This document shows positions 10,207-21,005 of a stretch of 64,000 nt of DNA, piece after piece. The notes under the pieces are model-generated. The model searched no databases. It saw nothing but the letters and a program-made list of their open reading frames with translations, and was not told the DNA's origin. This DNA comes from an uncultured virus (IMG/VR IMGVR_UViG_3300043409_001074) (lineage: Duplodnaviria; Heunggongvirae; Uroviricota; Caudoviricetes): IMG/VR virus record IMGVR_UViG_3300043409_001074; one strand, given 5' to 3'. How positions within the stretch are numbered: the first letter of the stretch is position 1; every line of letters starts with the position of its first letter. The translations under genes and the position numbers were made by a program.

Positions 10207-12057
10207 ATGATTGCACAAACTTTTTATGTAACTGATCCAACATATGATACTCCTGGTATTTTCGTTACCTTTATTCAATTATTTTTTGGTAAATTACCAG
10301 TAGATGATAATGTAGGAATAACTTTGGCGATTCATGAAGTAGAAAATGGTATTCCTACACAAAATATCGTTCCTTTTGCTAAATGTAGATATTTAACCAG
10401 CACACTTAGAACAATTGTTCCAGGTTATGATACCCAAGCTAAATTAAATAGTTCAATAGATGGTGTTGCATTTTTATTTGGAGTTCCACCATTTCTAAAA
10501 ACTCAAACAGAATATGCAATGGTAATATCTGCTGATGGGGATAATCCAGATTTTGAATTATGGACTTCTGAATTAAGTAAAACTGATCTTGGTGGGAAGG
10601 GACCCATTTCTACAAATCCTTCTACTGGCGTATTAATGACTTCTTCTAATGGAAGAACTTGGACAGCATATCAAAATGAAGATTTAAAATTTAGAATTGT
10701 TAGAACTAAATTTCCAACATTAGAAGGTAATCTCACATTCACCAATGCTAATACAGAATTTCTACAGAGAGAAGTATTGACGAATAGTAAACCATTCCTT
10801 CGCGGAGAAAAAGTTTTTGTTTCTAATGGTGTCATTGGTTCGAGTAATGTGTTAACTAGCAAGACCTCAACATGGATTACCATTACTCCGGCAAATTCTG
10901 CATATCTTACTGCTGTAAATAAAATGATTTATTTATCATCTAATGGACAATCACAAACTGATATTAGACAAATTTTAAATGTTTATAGTGGAGAATGGAA
11001 TTACAACACAACTACATTAAATTTAAGTGCTGCTCCAACATTTAATGATAATAATGCTACTATCGGATTTTTATACAGTAATGGTGCATTATATGGAGAA
11101 GAAACTTATATTAACGGAACAAGGGATTTAATTCTCAAAAGATCAACGGCTAATAGCACAATGAATTTTAGAGAACTGTATGTATCTAAGAATACTAATC
11201 CATTACTTATTGGAGAAATTTCTGGAACAGCAGCTAATTTATATTCATTAGGAGTATATGTATATGATGAAATCGTTCCACAATTTGCAAAAGCAGAACC
11301 ACCAAAAACAGATCTAACTATATCTTTCAAAGGGACATCTCTAACATCTAATACTTTAGACACGTCTTTCATAAATGTAGACTTCGATAAAAATCAAAAA
11401 TTGGTTGATAAAAGTAGAGTCGTAAGATCAAGATCAGATGAACTTTATTTTGATAGTGGAACTAAATCACTACAAATAAAAGCAGATTTTACATCAGATA
11501 CAGATTATTTAACACCAACTCTAAATGATATTAAAAGATCAGCGTTATTAATCCATAATAAAGTATCTAGAGCTAATAGCCAATTAATCATTAATGAAGC
11601 ATCACCATCTGGTGGTAAAATGGGTAATAAATATATTTCTAAATCGGTTCTGCTAACACAGGAAGCAGAAGATTTAGTTGTTTATCTTACTGCATATAGA
11701 CCAGCTAATACTGAAATTTATGTGTTTTGTAAATTATTAAATCGAGAAGATTCAGAAAGTCTTGATAATAAATATTGGTCATTAATGGAAGAAGTTACTC
11801 CTAAACCATATTCCAGTAAAGTAGATTTATCTGATAATAAAGAATTACAATATATTATTAGTTCTGGGACAGGTGCAACATTAACTCCTACTGCCTTTTT
11901 AAATGCGAATAATAGTTCCATTGTAAGATATTATAATGAGGGTGGTTCGTATTTTGATGGATATAATACTTTTGCATTAAAAATTATATTAACAAGTGAT
12001 CAATCTTATATTGTCCCAAGAGTTGGGGATATGCGAGCAATAGCAGTTCAAATATAA
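10207..12057 (+). CDS. VrlC-like structural protein, C-terminal part encoded as a separate gene
   Basis: Begins IAQTFYV; SSNGRTWTAYQNEDLKF; ends F.LKIIL.S....VPRV.DMRAIAVQ; own AAGGA RBS. Confidence 0.8.
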   Translation: MIAQTFYVTDPTYDTPGIFVTFIQLFFGKLPVDDNVGITLAIHEVENGIPTQNIVPFAKCRYLTSTLRTIVPGYDTQAKLNSSIDGVAFLFGVPPFLKTQTEYAMVISADGDNPDFELWTSELSKTDLGGKGPISTNPSTGVLMTSSNGRTWTAYQNEDLKFRIVRTKFPTLEGNLTFTNANTEFLQREVLTNSKPFLRGEKVFVSNGVIGSSNVLTSKTSTWITITPANSAYLTAVNKMIYLSSNGQSQTDIRQILNVYSGEWNYNTTTLNLSAAPTFNDNNATIGFLYSNGALYGEETYINGTRDLILKRSTANSTMNFRELYVSKNTNPLLIGEISGTAANLYSLGVYVYDEIVPQFAKAEPPKTDLTISFKGTSLTSNTLDTSFINVDFDKNQKLVDKSRVVRSRSDELYFDSGTKSLQIKADFTSDTDYLTPTLNDIKRSALLIHNKVSRANSQLIINEASPSGGKMGNKYISKSVLLTQEAEDLVVYLTAYRPANTEIYVFCKLLNREDSESLDNKYWSLMEEVTPKPYSSKVDLSDNKELQYIISSGTGATLTPTAFLNANNSSIVRYYNEGGSYFDGYNTFALKIILTSDQSYIVPRVGDMRAIAVQI

Positions 12058-12272
12058 TGAAGCATAAAGTAATAGATAACCCTGAGTTAGTTAGAGATAA
12101 TAATAATAAAGCTATACTAAATACAGATGATGACTCTCTTATGTCGTATAAAAATAAAAGAAATAATGATAGAAAATTATTAAAAATGTATGAAGAGCAT
12201 CAAGAACTAAAACAAGATATCATAGATATTAAAAATCTTCTAATGAAGATAGTATTGGGGAATAAAATTTAA
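12057..12272 (+). CDS. Conserved small coiled-coil protein of T4-like phages
   Basis: LVRD....AILNTD and ELKQDI..IKNLL pattern, usual position after VrlC. Confidence 0.7.
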   Translation: MKHKVIDNPELVRDNNNKAILNTDDDSLMSYKNKRNNDRKLLKMYEEHQELKQDIIDIKNLLMKIVLGNKI

Positions 12273-15200
12273 TGAGTATAGCAATTGCCAATGTTGATGT
12301 ATCAGCAGATACTTTTAGTAATTTAATTGGTAGGGTAAATCAAGCATTTGATATTATCAGTAATCATGTCATAACTGTTGATAATAGTAGTTCGGGTAAT
12401 TCTTCATCTGGAAATGGGTATATTACTGGAATTTTTGGGGCAACTACGTTATTTGCTGGGTCCGCTCTAAGAGGTGGGTCTGTAGCTTCTCCATCTACAT
12501 TAGTTATTACTTCTAATGTTACTATGCAAGCTAATTTATTAGTGGTAGGAACAATTAGTCATATTAATTCAGTAAGTTTGGCTAATACATTAACTGTAAC
12601 TGGCAATACTATCTTAGCTAATACTCTTACTGTAACTGGTAATACTACCTTAGCTAATACATTAACTGTAACTGGTAATACTACTATTACTGGTAATACC
12701 AATCTTAATTCAACATTAAAGGTAACTGGTAATACTACATTATCTTTACTTAATGTAACTGGTAATACTACTATTACTGGTAATACCAATCTTAATTCAA
12801 CATTAAATGTAACTGGCAATACTACATTATCTTTACTTAATGTAACTGGTAATACTACTATTACTGGTAATACCAATCTTAATTCAACATTAAATGTAAC
12901 TGGTAATACTACATTATCTTTACTTAATGTAACTGGCAATACTACTATTACTGGCAATACTACTATTACTGGTAATACCAATCTTAATTCAACATTAAAT
13001 GTAACTGGTAATACCACTATTACTGGTAATACCAATCTTAATTCAACATTAACTGTAACTGGTAATACTACATTAGCTAATAGATTAACTGTAACTGGTA
13101 ATACTACATTATCTTTACTAAATGTAACTGGTAATACCACTATTACTGGTAATACCAATCTTAATTCAACATTAAATGTAACTGGTAATACTACTATTAC
13201 TGGTAATACCAATCTTAATTCAACATTAAATGTAACTGGTAATACTACATTATCTTTACTTAATGTAACTGGTAATACCACTATTACTGGTAATACCAAT
13301 CTTAATTCAACATTAACTGTAACTGGTAATACCACTATTACTGGTAATACCAATCTTAATTCAACATTAAATGTAACTGGTAATACTACATTATCTTTAC
13401 TTAATGTAACTGGTAATACCAATCTTAATTCAACATTAAATGTAACTGGTAATACTACATTATCTTTACTTAATGTAACTGGTAATACCACTATTACTGG
13501 TAATACCAATCTTAATTCAACATTAACTGTATCTGGTAATACCACTATTACTGGTAATACCAATCTTAATTCAACATTAAATGTAACTGGTAATACTACA
13601 TTATCTTTACTTAATGTAACTGGTAATACCAATCTTAATTCAACATTAACTGTATCTGGTAATACTACTATTACTGGTAATACCAATCTTAATTCAACAT
13701 TAACTGTAACTGGTAATACTACATTAGCTAATAGATTAACTGTAACTGGTAATACTACATTATCTTTACTAAATGTAACTGGTAATACCACTATTACTGG
13801 TAATACCAATCTTAATTCAACATTAAATGTAACTGGTAATACTACTATTACTGGTAATACCAATCTTAATTCAACATTAAATGTAACTGGTAATACTACA
13901 TTATCTTTACTTAATGTAACTGGTAATACTACTATTACTGGTAATACTACCTTAGCTAATACATTAACTGTATCTGGTCCAACAACAATACAGGTATCAG
14001 ATTCCAATCCTGCATTAAAAATAACTCAATCAGGGGCAGGACATGCTTTATTTATTGAAGATTCTACAAGCCCAGATGCTACACCAACAGTAATAACATC
14101 ATCAGGGGCATTAGTATTAGGAGGAAATTCCATTATTAATGTCGGCGGCACCGGGCCAGGGCAAATAACATCTATAGTTACCAGTGGATCAGGATTAATG
14201 TCAATTAATACGGCTAATGTAAGTAACCAGGGAGCAAGAATCACTTTATATAAAACTAGATCAGATAATGTATTAACATATTCTGCCATTAGTAGTGGTG
14301 ACGAGTTAGGAAGAATACATTTTTATGCTGATGATGGTGGGCAAGCTATTGAAGCTGCTAGAATTACCATTAGCACTTTGGGTGGGGGAACGATAGGTCC
14401 AAATTCAATGCCATCGACTATGAATTTTTATACTACAGGAGATGGGTCTAATAGCTCAGTAACAGGTGGTCCGAAATTAACATTATCACCCAGCGGCAAT
14501 GTTGGTATTGGTGTAACAACCTCAATACCAAATGCTAAATTACAGGTAGTTGGAACTGCCAATGTGTCAGGAAACGTAGCAATTGGTGGTCAATTATCTG
14601 TAAGTGGTGGTCAATTATCTGTAAGTGGTGGCATTTCTTCAGGAGGAAATAATATCTTTGGAGGACAATTAAGTAAAATACTTAGTGAAGTATTACTTAA
14701 TAGTGCTAATATTGCCTCAGCAACATATTCTGGTAAATCATTCCTAACAGCAAATTCTAGTCCATCTGGTATAGTTATTCGTCCTGATGGAAGAAAAATG
14801 TATATTTCTGATAATGCTGGTGTAGCAGATAAAGTGATGGAATATGATATTATAGTCCCCTGGGATATATCTACATCAACATTTTCCAATAATTTTATCT
14901 CAGTTGCCTCACAAGACCTTACTGTTAATGATCTTCAGATATCACCAGATGGAAGAAAAATGATCATAGCTGGGGGAACTAATTTATCAGTATATCAATA
15001 TACATTATCTACACCATGGAGTGTAAATACTGCCACATATGATTCTAAAACTTTTTCAATATCTTCATATGCCAATTCAATAATAGGATTATTCGTTAAA
15101 CGTTCTGGGGATAAATTTTACGTTGCAGATAACGTATTAGATGTTATCGTAGAATATAATATGTCCACGCCATGGGATGTTACTACAGCAACCTATTCTG

Positions 15201-15883
15201 GAAATGTTTCAACATCAGCATATGAGAATGCAGTCAATGCATTGACATTTACTCATGATGGACAAAAAATGTTCACTACAGGAAGTAGTGGTGATACTAT
15301 TGATATGCATTTATTATCAACCCCATGGAGCGTAAACACGGCAACATATGTATCAGAAATATCAATTTCTGCACAAGAAGCCACCGCAGCAGGGTTAGCA
15401 ATGTCCCCAGATGGATCAAACTTTTATATGGTTGGCTCCACTACTGATACAGTATATCAATATATGGCCAATTCATTATTTGAAGTCGTGGCTAATACAG
15501 TGTTTCATGGTAGAGTTAGTGTTGATGATCAAGTTGGTATTGGAACATCAAATCCAAATACGTCATTAACTGTAGATGGGCCAATAGCATTAAGACCACC
15601 ATTAACCATTACATCAAATTCCTATGTTGTAGATTACTTAGATTCTTCACTGATCTTTAGTGGAGCGGCAAATTGTAATATTATCATGCCGCAGGCTAAT
15701 ACCTATCCTGGTAGAATTCTATATGTAAAAAATATAACAGCTATATCAATAAATAGCACATCATCTAACATTAAACCATTAGGTTCTAATACTGCTGCAA
15801 ATAATATCTTAACTAATACTGCCGGAAAATTCGCAATGCTGCAATCAGATGCGAATAACTGGATAGTCATGATGGGGAATTAA
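12272..15883 (+). CDS. Tail fibre / receptor-binding protein with long repeat shaft and beta-propeller-like head
   Basis: N-terminal DTFSNL..RVN anchor, VTGNTT repeats, GNVGIG fibre motifs, several YxLSTPWxVxTATY propeller repeats. Confidence 0.8.
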   Translation: MSIAIANVDVSADTFSNLIGRVNQAFDIISNHVITVDNSSSGNSSSGNGYITGIFGATTLFAGSALRGGSVASPSTLVITSNVTMQANLLVVGTISHINSVSLANTLTVTGNTILANTLTVTGNTTLANTLTVTGNTTITGNTNLNSTLKVTGNTTLSLLNVTGNTTITGNTNLNSTLNVTGNTTLSLLNVTGNTTITGNTNLNSTLNVTGNTTLSLLNVTGNTTITGNTTITGNTNLNSTLNVTGNTTITGNTNLNSTLTVTGNTTLANRLTVTGNTTLSLLNVTGNTTITGNTNLNSTLNVTGNTTITGNTNLNSTLNVTGNTTLSLLNVTGNTTITGNTNLNSTLTVTGNTTITGNTNLNSTLNVTGNTTLSLLNVTGNTNLNSTLNVTGNTTLSLLNVTGNTTITGNTNLNSTLTVSGNTTITGNTNLNSTLNVTGNTTLSLLNVTGNTNLNSTLTVSGNTTITGNTNLNSTLTVTGNTTLANRLTVTGNTTLSLLNVTGNTTITGNTNLNSTLNVTGNTTITGNTNLNSTLNVTGNTTLSLLNVTGNTTITGNTTLANTLTVSGPTTIQVSDSNPALKITQSGAGHALFIEDSTSPDATPTVITSSGALVLGGNSIINVGGTGPGQITSIVTSGSGLMSINTANVSNQGARITLYKTRSDNVLTYSAISSGDELGRIHFYADDGGQAIEAARITISTLGGGTIGPNSMPSTMNFYTTGDGSNSSVTGGPKLTLSPSGNVGIGVTTSIPNAKLQVVGTANVSGNVAIGGQLSVSGGQLSVSGGISSGGNNIFGGQLSKILSEVLLNSANIASATYSGKSFLTANSSPSGIVIRPDGRKMYISDNAGVADKVMEYDIIVPWDISTSTFSNNFISVASQDLTVNDLQISPDGRKMIIAGGTNLSVYQYTLSTPWSVNTATYDSKTFSISSYANSIIGLFVKRSGDKFYVADNVLDVIVEYNMSTPWDVTTATYSGNVSTSAYENAVNALTFTHDGQKMFTTGSSGDTIDMHLLSTPWSVNTATYVSEISISAQEATAAGLAMSPDGSNFYMVGSTTDTVYQYMANSLFEVVANTVFHGRVSVDDQVGIGTSNPNTSLTVDGPIALRPPLTITSNSYVVDYLDSSLIFSGAANCNIIMPQANTYPGRILYVKNITAISINSTSSNIKPLGSNTAANNILTNTAGKFAMLQSDANNWIVMMGN
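12577..13975 (+). repeat. Combinatorial tandem repeat array encoding VTGNTT(ITGNTNLNSTLN / LSLLN / LANTLT / LANRLT) units
   Basis: Dozens of near-identical GTAACTGGTAATACTAC cores visible in the DNA. Confidence 0.95.
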
Positions 15884-15884
15884 T

Positions 15885-16214
15885 ATGGCAGACTCAGTAA
15901 ATTTAATAGTTGATCAAGGTGCGACTTTTGAAGTAGATTTTTTAGTAAAAGACTCAGCCAATAATACTATTAATCTTAGCACATATACTGGGGTAGGGAA
16001 AGCTAGAAAATTTATTTCCGCTAATACCCCAGTATCATTTCAAGTTAATACTTTTTCAAATGGCATTATGCGAGGAACATTAACGTCTCTTCAAACTAAT
16101 AATATGTCATATAAAGACAAATATGTATATGATTTTAAATTAACATCATCATCAAATGTTGTATCTAGAGCAGTAGAAGGATTCATTACTATTAATCCAC
16201 AAGTATCGTATTAA
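15885..16214 (+). CDS. Small virion/baseplate-associated protein
   Basis: NLIVDQGATF...YVYD....SRAVEG.ITINP.V family found upstream of gp13. Confidence 0.7.
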   Translation: MADSVNLIVDQGATFEVDFLVKDSANNTINLSTYTGVGKARKFISANTPVSFQVNTFSNGIMRGTLTSLQTNNMSYKDKYVYDFKLTSSSNVVSRAVEGFITINPQVSY

Positions 16215-16337
16215 TGCCTTTAGTCAAATTGGAATCTAAAAAAGAATATAACGTATATATAAAGGATATAGAAATTCTTGTTAAATTGCAAGATAGAAAA
16301 GAATATGTAATATATCTAAAAGCGGAGCAAGATTAAT

Positions 16338-17078
16338 ATGGCAATTCCTACTACAAGAGAACAATTTAAAGAATATTGCCTTAGAAAATTAGGATCACCT
16401 GTAACCAAAATAAATGTTGCCGATGAACAAATAGAAGATAGAATTGATGAATCATTAAAATATTATTATGATTATCATTTTGATGGAACTGAAAAAATGT
16501 TCCTCAAATATATTGTAACTCAGACTGATAAAGACAATAAATATTTAACTATTCCTGAAAATATAATGGGTGTTATTAATATTTTTGATATTGGTAGTGC
16601 TATTAGTAGTGTCAATATGTTTGATGTTAGATATCAGATGGCCCTTAATGACATGTATCATTATACTAATGAATCCCTAGTTCCTTATTATACGATGATG
16701 AGTAAGGTTAGACTATTTGAAGAAATAATCATAGGTAAACAACCTATTAGATATAATCGTCATATCAATAGATTGTATATTGATATGAATTGGGAAAAGC
16801 TAAATACTGGCGATTACATCGTTGTGGAAGCCTATCAGATAGTAGACCCAGATGTTTATACTGATGCGTGGGGAGACAGGTGGTTAGCTCATTATGCCAC
16901 GGCATTGATAAAGGAACAATGGGGTATCAATCTAACTAAATATACTGGTATTCCGTTAATGGGTGGAATTACTTTTGATGGGCAAAGAATTTTATCTGAA
17001 GCTAAAGGTGAAATTTCCGAATTAGAGTCGGAAATGATTAATTCATATTCATTACCTACTGCGTATCTATTAGGATAA
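16338..17078 (+). CDS. gp13: Neck protein gp13
   Basis: EYCLRKLGSPV..INV..EQIEDRIDE; ALIKEQWG.NL.KY.G..L.GG.T.DG. Confidence 0.92.
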   Translation: MAIPTTREQFKEYCLRKLGSPVTKINVADEQIEDRIDESLKYYYDYHFDGTEKMFLKYIVTQTDKDNKYLTIPENIMGVINIFDIGSAISSVNMFDVRYQMALNDMYHYTNESLVPYYTMMSKVRLFEEIIIGKQPIRYNRHINRLYIDMNWEKLNTGDYIVVEAYQIVDPDVYTDAWGDRWLAHYATALIKEQWGINLTKYTGIPLMGGITFDGQRILSEAKGEISELESEMINSYSLPTAYLLG

Positions 17079-17083
17079 TATGA

Positions 17084-17800
17084 ATGGCGGTAAATTTTTA
17101 TTTTGATAAATCATATAAACAAGAACAAGATTTAGTTGAGGACTTAGTAGTAGAGTCTATTCAAATACATGGTTTAGAATTAAAATATTTACCAAGAACA
17201 TTAGTAAAACTAGATGATATCTTCAAGGAAGATTTAATTTCATTATTTGATAGAGCATATACTCTAGAAGGTTACGTTGTGGAAACAACAGGATTTGGTG
17301 GTCAGGGAGATATGATTACTAAATTTGGATTTGAAATAAGAGATAGTATGTCATTTAATATATCAAAAAGAAGATATATGGAAGAAATTGGAAATCATGA
17401 AAATAATGTAAGACCAATGGAAGGAGATATTATTTATTTCCCTACTACTGGCAGTTATTTTGAAATTAAATATGTTAACACTACAACTCCATTTTTTACA
17501 TTAGGTAAGAATTATGTATTTCTACTTAAATGTGAATTGTTTGAATTCTCATCAGAGAGAATTGATACTGGTATTCCAGAAATTGATAATACGATTAATA
17601 AATTCTCATTGGCTAATACTGGCCCAACTTCTATTCTCACAGAATTAGGAATAGAATTGGAAACAGAGGATGATAAAGTTATTGAAATGGAATATAATAC
17701 AGAATATAGACAAGAACGTAATTTTCAGAATATTATTATTCAGACTGAATCTGATTTAATTACTGATTTCTCAGTCACTAACCCATTTGGAAACTTATAA
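17084..17800 (+). CDS. gp14: Neck protein gp14
   Basis: EQDLVEDLVVESIQIHG...YLPR; RPMEGDIIYFP; terminal DFS..NPFG. Confidence 0.92.
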   Translation: MAVNFYFDKSYKQEQDLVEDLVVESIQIHGLELKYLPRTLVKLDDIFKEDLISLFDRAYTLEGYVVETTGFGGQGDMITKFGFEIRDSMSFNISKRRYMEEIGNHENNVRPMEGDIIYFPTTGSYFEIKYVNTTTPFFTLGKNYVFLLKCELFEFSSERIDTGIPEIDNTINKFSLANTGPTSILTELGIELETEDDKVIEMEYNTEYRQERNFQNIIIQTESDLITDFSVTNPFGNL

Positions 17801-18831
17801 TGTTAACAAATAATTATTATTACCATACTCTATTGAAAAAATATGTAATATATTTTGGATCATTATTTAATGATATTGTCATTGAACGTAGAGATAATGA
17901 TGGGTCTTTAATACAATCAATAACTGTTCCTATAGCATATGGACCAAAGCAAAAATTCATTGCTAGAATGGAGGAAGATTTAAAAGCTGAACGTGCTATA
18001 GCAATAACACTTCCCAGAATTTCATTTGAAATAACTGCAACATCATATGATGCATCTAGAAAATTAAATAATCAACAAAAAATAGCTATACCGAATCCAA
18101 TTAATAGTAATGAATATAATTACATTCATACATTGATACCATATAACATTACATTTTCATTAAGTGTATATTCTAAAAATGTAGAAGACAATTTACAGGT
18201 AGTTGAACAAATATTACCTTATTTTGCCCCAGAGTGGACATCATCTATTATATTAATACCTGATTTAGATTTAGCTATGGATATTCCAGTAGTATTACAA
18301 AATGTTGTTATGGGTGATCGTTATGAAGGTTCAATGGAAACTCCAAGATATATTGTTAATACTATACAATTTGTCATGAAGGCATGGTTATGTGGACCAA
18401 TTCGTAATGTCGGAATGATTAAAAGAACAATTATTAATCTTTCTAAAATGGGCGGAACGTTCGTAGATTTATATGTTACATCAAATAATAATCCGGCATT
18501 CCTTCAAGGGGATTTAATTTATCAAACAAATGGTAAACGTATAACTGGTAAAGGTGTAGTTGAATATTCCACTGAATCATATATTCAAGTTGGTAATGTA
18601 TCGGGTAACTTCAATTCTACAAATACTATAATTTCATCAACATCATTAAGACGGGCTGATGTTACTAATGTAATAGTAAATACTGCTATAGATTCTACTA
18701 TTACAATAACCCCTGGATTATTGGCTAATGGTTCTCCAACATCTAATAGTGAATTGTCTATACCAATAGAATATATTAAATCAACAGATGATTATGGTAT
18801 AAGCATAGATATATCTGAATATAATGATTAA
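17800..18831 (+). CDS. gp15: Tail sheath stabiliser / terminator gp15 with C-terminal inserted module
   Basis: FGSLFNDI, VPIAYGPKQKF, LPRISFE, QVVEQILPYF.P. Confidence 0.92.
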   Translation: MLTNNYYYHTLLKKYVIYFGSLFNDIVIERRDNDGSLIQSITVPIAYGPKQKFIARMEEDLKAERAIAITLPRISFEITATSYDASRKLNNQQKIAIPNPINSNEYNYIHTLIPYNITFSLSVYSKNVEDNLQVVEQILPYFAPEWTSSIILIPDLDLAMDIPVVLQNVVMGDRYEGSMETPRYIVNTIQFVMKAWLCGPIRNVGMIKRTIINLSKMGGTFVDLYVTSNNNPAFLQGDLIYQTNGKRITGKGVVEYSTESYIQVGNVSGNFNSTNTIISSTSLRRADVTNVIVNTAIDSTITITPGLLANGSPTSNSELSIPIEYIKSTDDYGISIDISEYND

Positions 18832-18842
18832 GAGAGAATATA

Positions 18843-19286
18843 ATGTCTGATAATGAGAAAGATGATGAAAAAAAGAATGATAAAGATAAATTATCTAGAA
18901 TTTTAAATATAACGCCAACCCAATTATCTAGAAAATTAAATATTCCTGGTGCTGATGAGGAATATGCTGATATTGAACAGGCAAAATTTAATATTAAAGA
19001 TATCATCATGAAAGGGTCTAGTTCTCTGGATGATCTTATAGACGTAGCAAGACAATCTGAACATCCAAGAGCATATGAAGTATTAGCTAATCTCATTAGA
19101 ACATTAGTAGATTCAAATAAAATATTAGTTGATATCAATATTAGAGAGAAATCAACTAATGTCAATAATGACAATCGTAAAATAAATAATAACAATATTT
19201 TTGTTGGTAGCACTAAGGATTTATTGCAGGCTATTAATCCACAACAAAAAACCATAGAACATGATGATGAGGAATCTGAGGAATAA
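18843..19286 (+). CDS. gp16: Terminase small subunit
   Basis: A.QSEHPRAYEV and NNIFVGST.DL motifs. Confidence 0.92.
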   Translation: MSDNEKDDEKKNDKDKLSRILNITPTQLSRKLNIPGADEEYADIEQAKFNIKDIIMKGSSSLDDLIDVARQSEHPRAYEVLANLIRTLVDSNKILVDINIREKSTNVNNDNRKINNNNIFVGSTKDLLQAINPQQKTIEHDDEESEE

Positions 19287-19288
19287 TA

Positions 19289-20938
19289 ATGACAACTATT
19301 ATTGATAAGAATGTATTTTATCTAGGAAATCAACGATTAAAAAAAGTAAATGTTCCAGTAAATTATACTAAAAAACAACTGGATGAATTTAAAAAATGTA
19401 TGGTTGATCCAAAATATTTTATTAAGAAATATATTAAAATTATTACATTAAATAAAGGACTAACGCCATTTACATTATGGGATTTCCAGGAGGAAATGGT
19501 TGATACTTTTGTTAATTGTAGATTTACTATATGTAAAATTCCAAGACAATCCGGCAAAACCCAAACAGTTGTGGCAGTATTATTATGGTATATTCTTTTC
19601 CATGAGAATTATTCAATTGCTGTTCTTGCACATAAATCTTCACAGGCAAGGGAAATTCTAAGTAGGTTACAATTCTCATATGAACATTTACCTAAATGGC
19701 TTCAACAAGGTATAGTTGAATGGAATAAAGGTAATATCATATTAGAGAATGGGTCAAAAATAGAAGCCTCTGCAACTTCAGGTAATAGCGTTAGAGGAAA
19801 GACGTATAATTGCGTGTATCTTGATGAATTTGCGTTCGTTCCCGAGAATATTCAAAATGAATTCTTTGCCACAGTATTACCTACTATTTCTGCTGGTGAT
19901 GAAACTAAAATGATTATTACATCAACACCAAATGGGATGAATAGATTTTATAGAATTTGGATTGATGCCGAAAATAATAAAAATTCATTTGTTCCTATAT
20001 CTGTTCATTGGTCAATGGTTCCTGGTAGAGATGAAAAATGGCAACAAGAAACCATTAGAAATTCATCGCAAATGCAATTCAATCAGGAATATGGAGTGGA
20101 ATTTCTGGGGTCACAAAATACATTAATTGCATCGGAAAAATTACAAAATATTCCCACAGAAATTCCAATTAAAGAAGATATGGATATGGCAATATATGTT
20201 GATCCATCTAAAAAAGAAAATCGAAAACGATTATACATTATAGTTGTGGATACTGCCCGTGGGGTTGGTGGGGATTATTGTGCATTCGTAATATTTGATG
20301 TAACAGAAATTCCATATAAAATTGTGGGTAGATATAAGAATAATACTATATCTCCATTATTATTTCCTAATATAATTTATCAATTTGCCAAGTCATTTAA
20401 TGATGCATATATTTGCGTGGAAGTAAATGACAACGGACAACAGGTAGCAGATATTTTATATCGAGAAATGGAATATGAAAATATGATTTTCTCACAATTC
20501 AAAGGGCGAGCAGGTCAATCCATGAGTAGTGGATTTGGAATGAAACCTGCTGTTGGAGTAAGAACAACTAAATTAGTAAAAAGAATTGGTTGCACTAACT
20601 TGAAATCATTAATAGAAAATGATAAATTATTAATGGTAGATGAACAGGTTAAAGATGAATTCTATAATTTCATTGAAGTTGGTGAAAGTTATCAGGCGGC
20701 AGAAGGTCATCATGATGATTTAGCAATGTGTTGTGTATTATTTGCATGGTTAGTGCAACAGCCATATTTTAAAGATTGGACTGATACAAATGTTAGAGAA
20801 AGATTAGTTAGTGAGAATTTTCAATTAATAGATGAAGATTTATTACCTATGATTTCCTCTGCCGAAGAATATGATTATTCTGATGAAGTTAGAGAATTAA
20901 GTTATTCAGAGTTTGAAAGATTTTTAAGATACGACTAA
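19289..20938 (+). CDS. gp17: Terminase large subunit
   Basis: PRQSGKT Walker A, YLDEFAF Walker B, ITSTPNG, HDDLAM nuclease motif; no intein or intron seen. Confidence 0.97.
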   Translation: MTTIIDKNVFYLGNQRLKKVNVPVNYTKKQLDEFKKCMVDPKYFIKKYIKIITLNKGLTPFTLWDFQEEMVDTFVNCRFTICKIPRQSGKTQTVVAVLLWYILFHENYSIAVLAHKSSQAREILSRLQFSYEHLPKWLQQGIVEWNKGNIILENGSKIEASATSGNSVRGKTYNCVYLDEFAFVPENIQNEFFATVLPTISAGDETKMIITSTPNGMNRFYRIWIDAENNKNSFVPISVHWSMVPGRDEKWQQETIRNSSQMQFNQEYGVEFLGSQNTLIASEKLQNIPTEIPIKEDMDMAIYVDPSKKENRKRLYIIVVDTARGVGGDYCAFVIFDVTEIPYKIVGRYKNNTISPLLFPNIIYQFAKSFNDAYICVEVNDNGQQVADILYREMEYENMIFSQFKGRAGQSMSSGFGMKPAVGVRTTKLVKRIGCTNLKSLIENDKLLMVDEQVKDEFYNFIEVGESYQAAEGHHDDLAMCCVLFAWLVQQPYFKDWTDTNVRERLVSENFQLIDEDLLPMISSAEEYDYSDEVRELSYSEFERFLRYD

Positions 20939-21005
20939 TCATACCAAAATACTATATTAACTAAATAAAAATAATAATAATAGAGATTTAAATGGAGAGT
21001 TATGT

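Noticed and set aside
748..11921. Many short minus-strand ORFs within the baseplate genes
   Set aside because: Fully nested antisense to well-supported structural genes, with no RBS or recognisable motifs
12577..13975. Repeat array as a CRISPR array or DGR template
   Set aside because: No unique spacers, units are in-frame coding, and no cas or reverse transcriptase gene is in the window
12559..14007. 482-aa minus-strand ORF (VLPVT repeats)
   Set aside because: Antisense shadow of the fibre repeat array; repetition of a stop-free unit keeps the frame open
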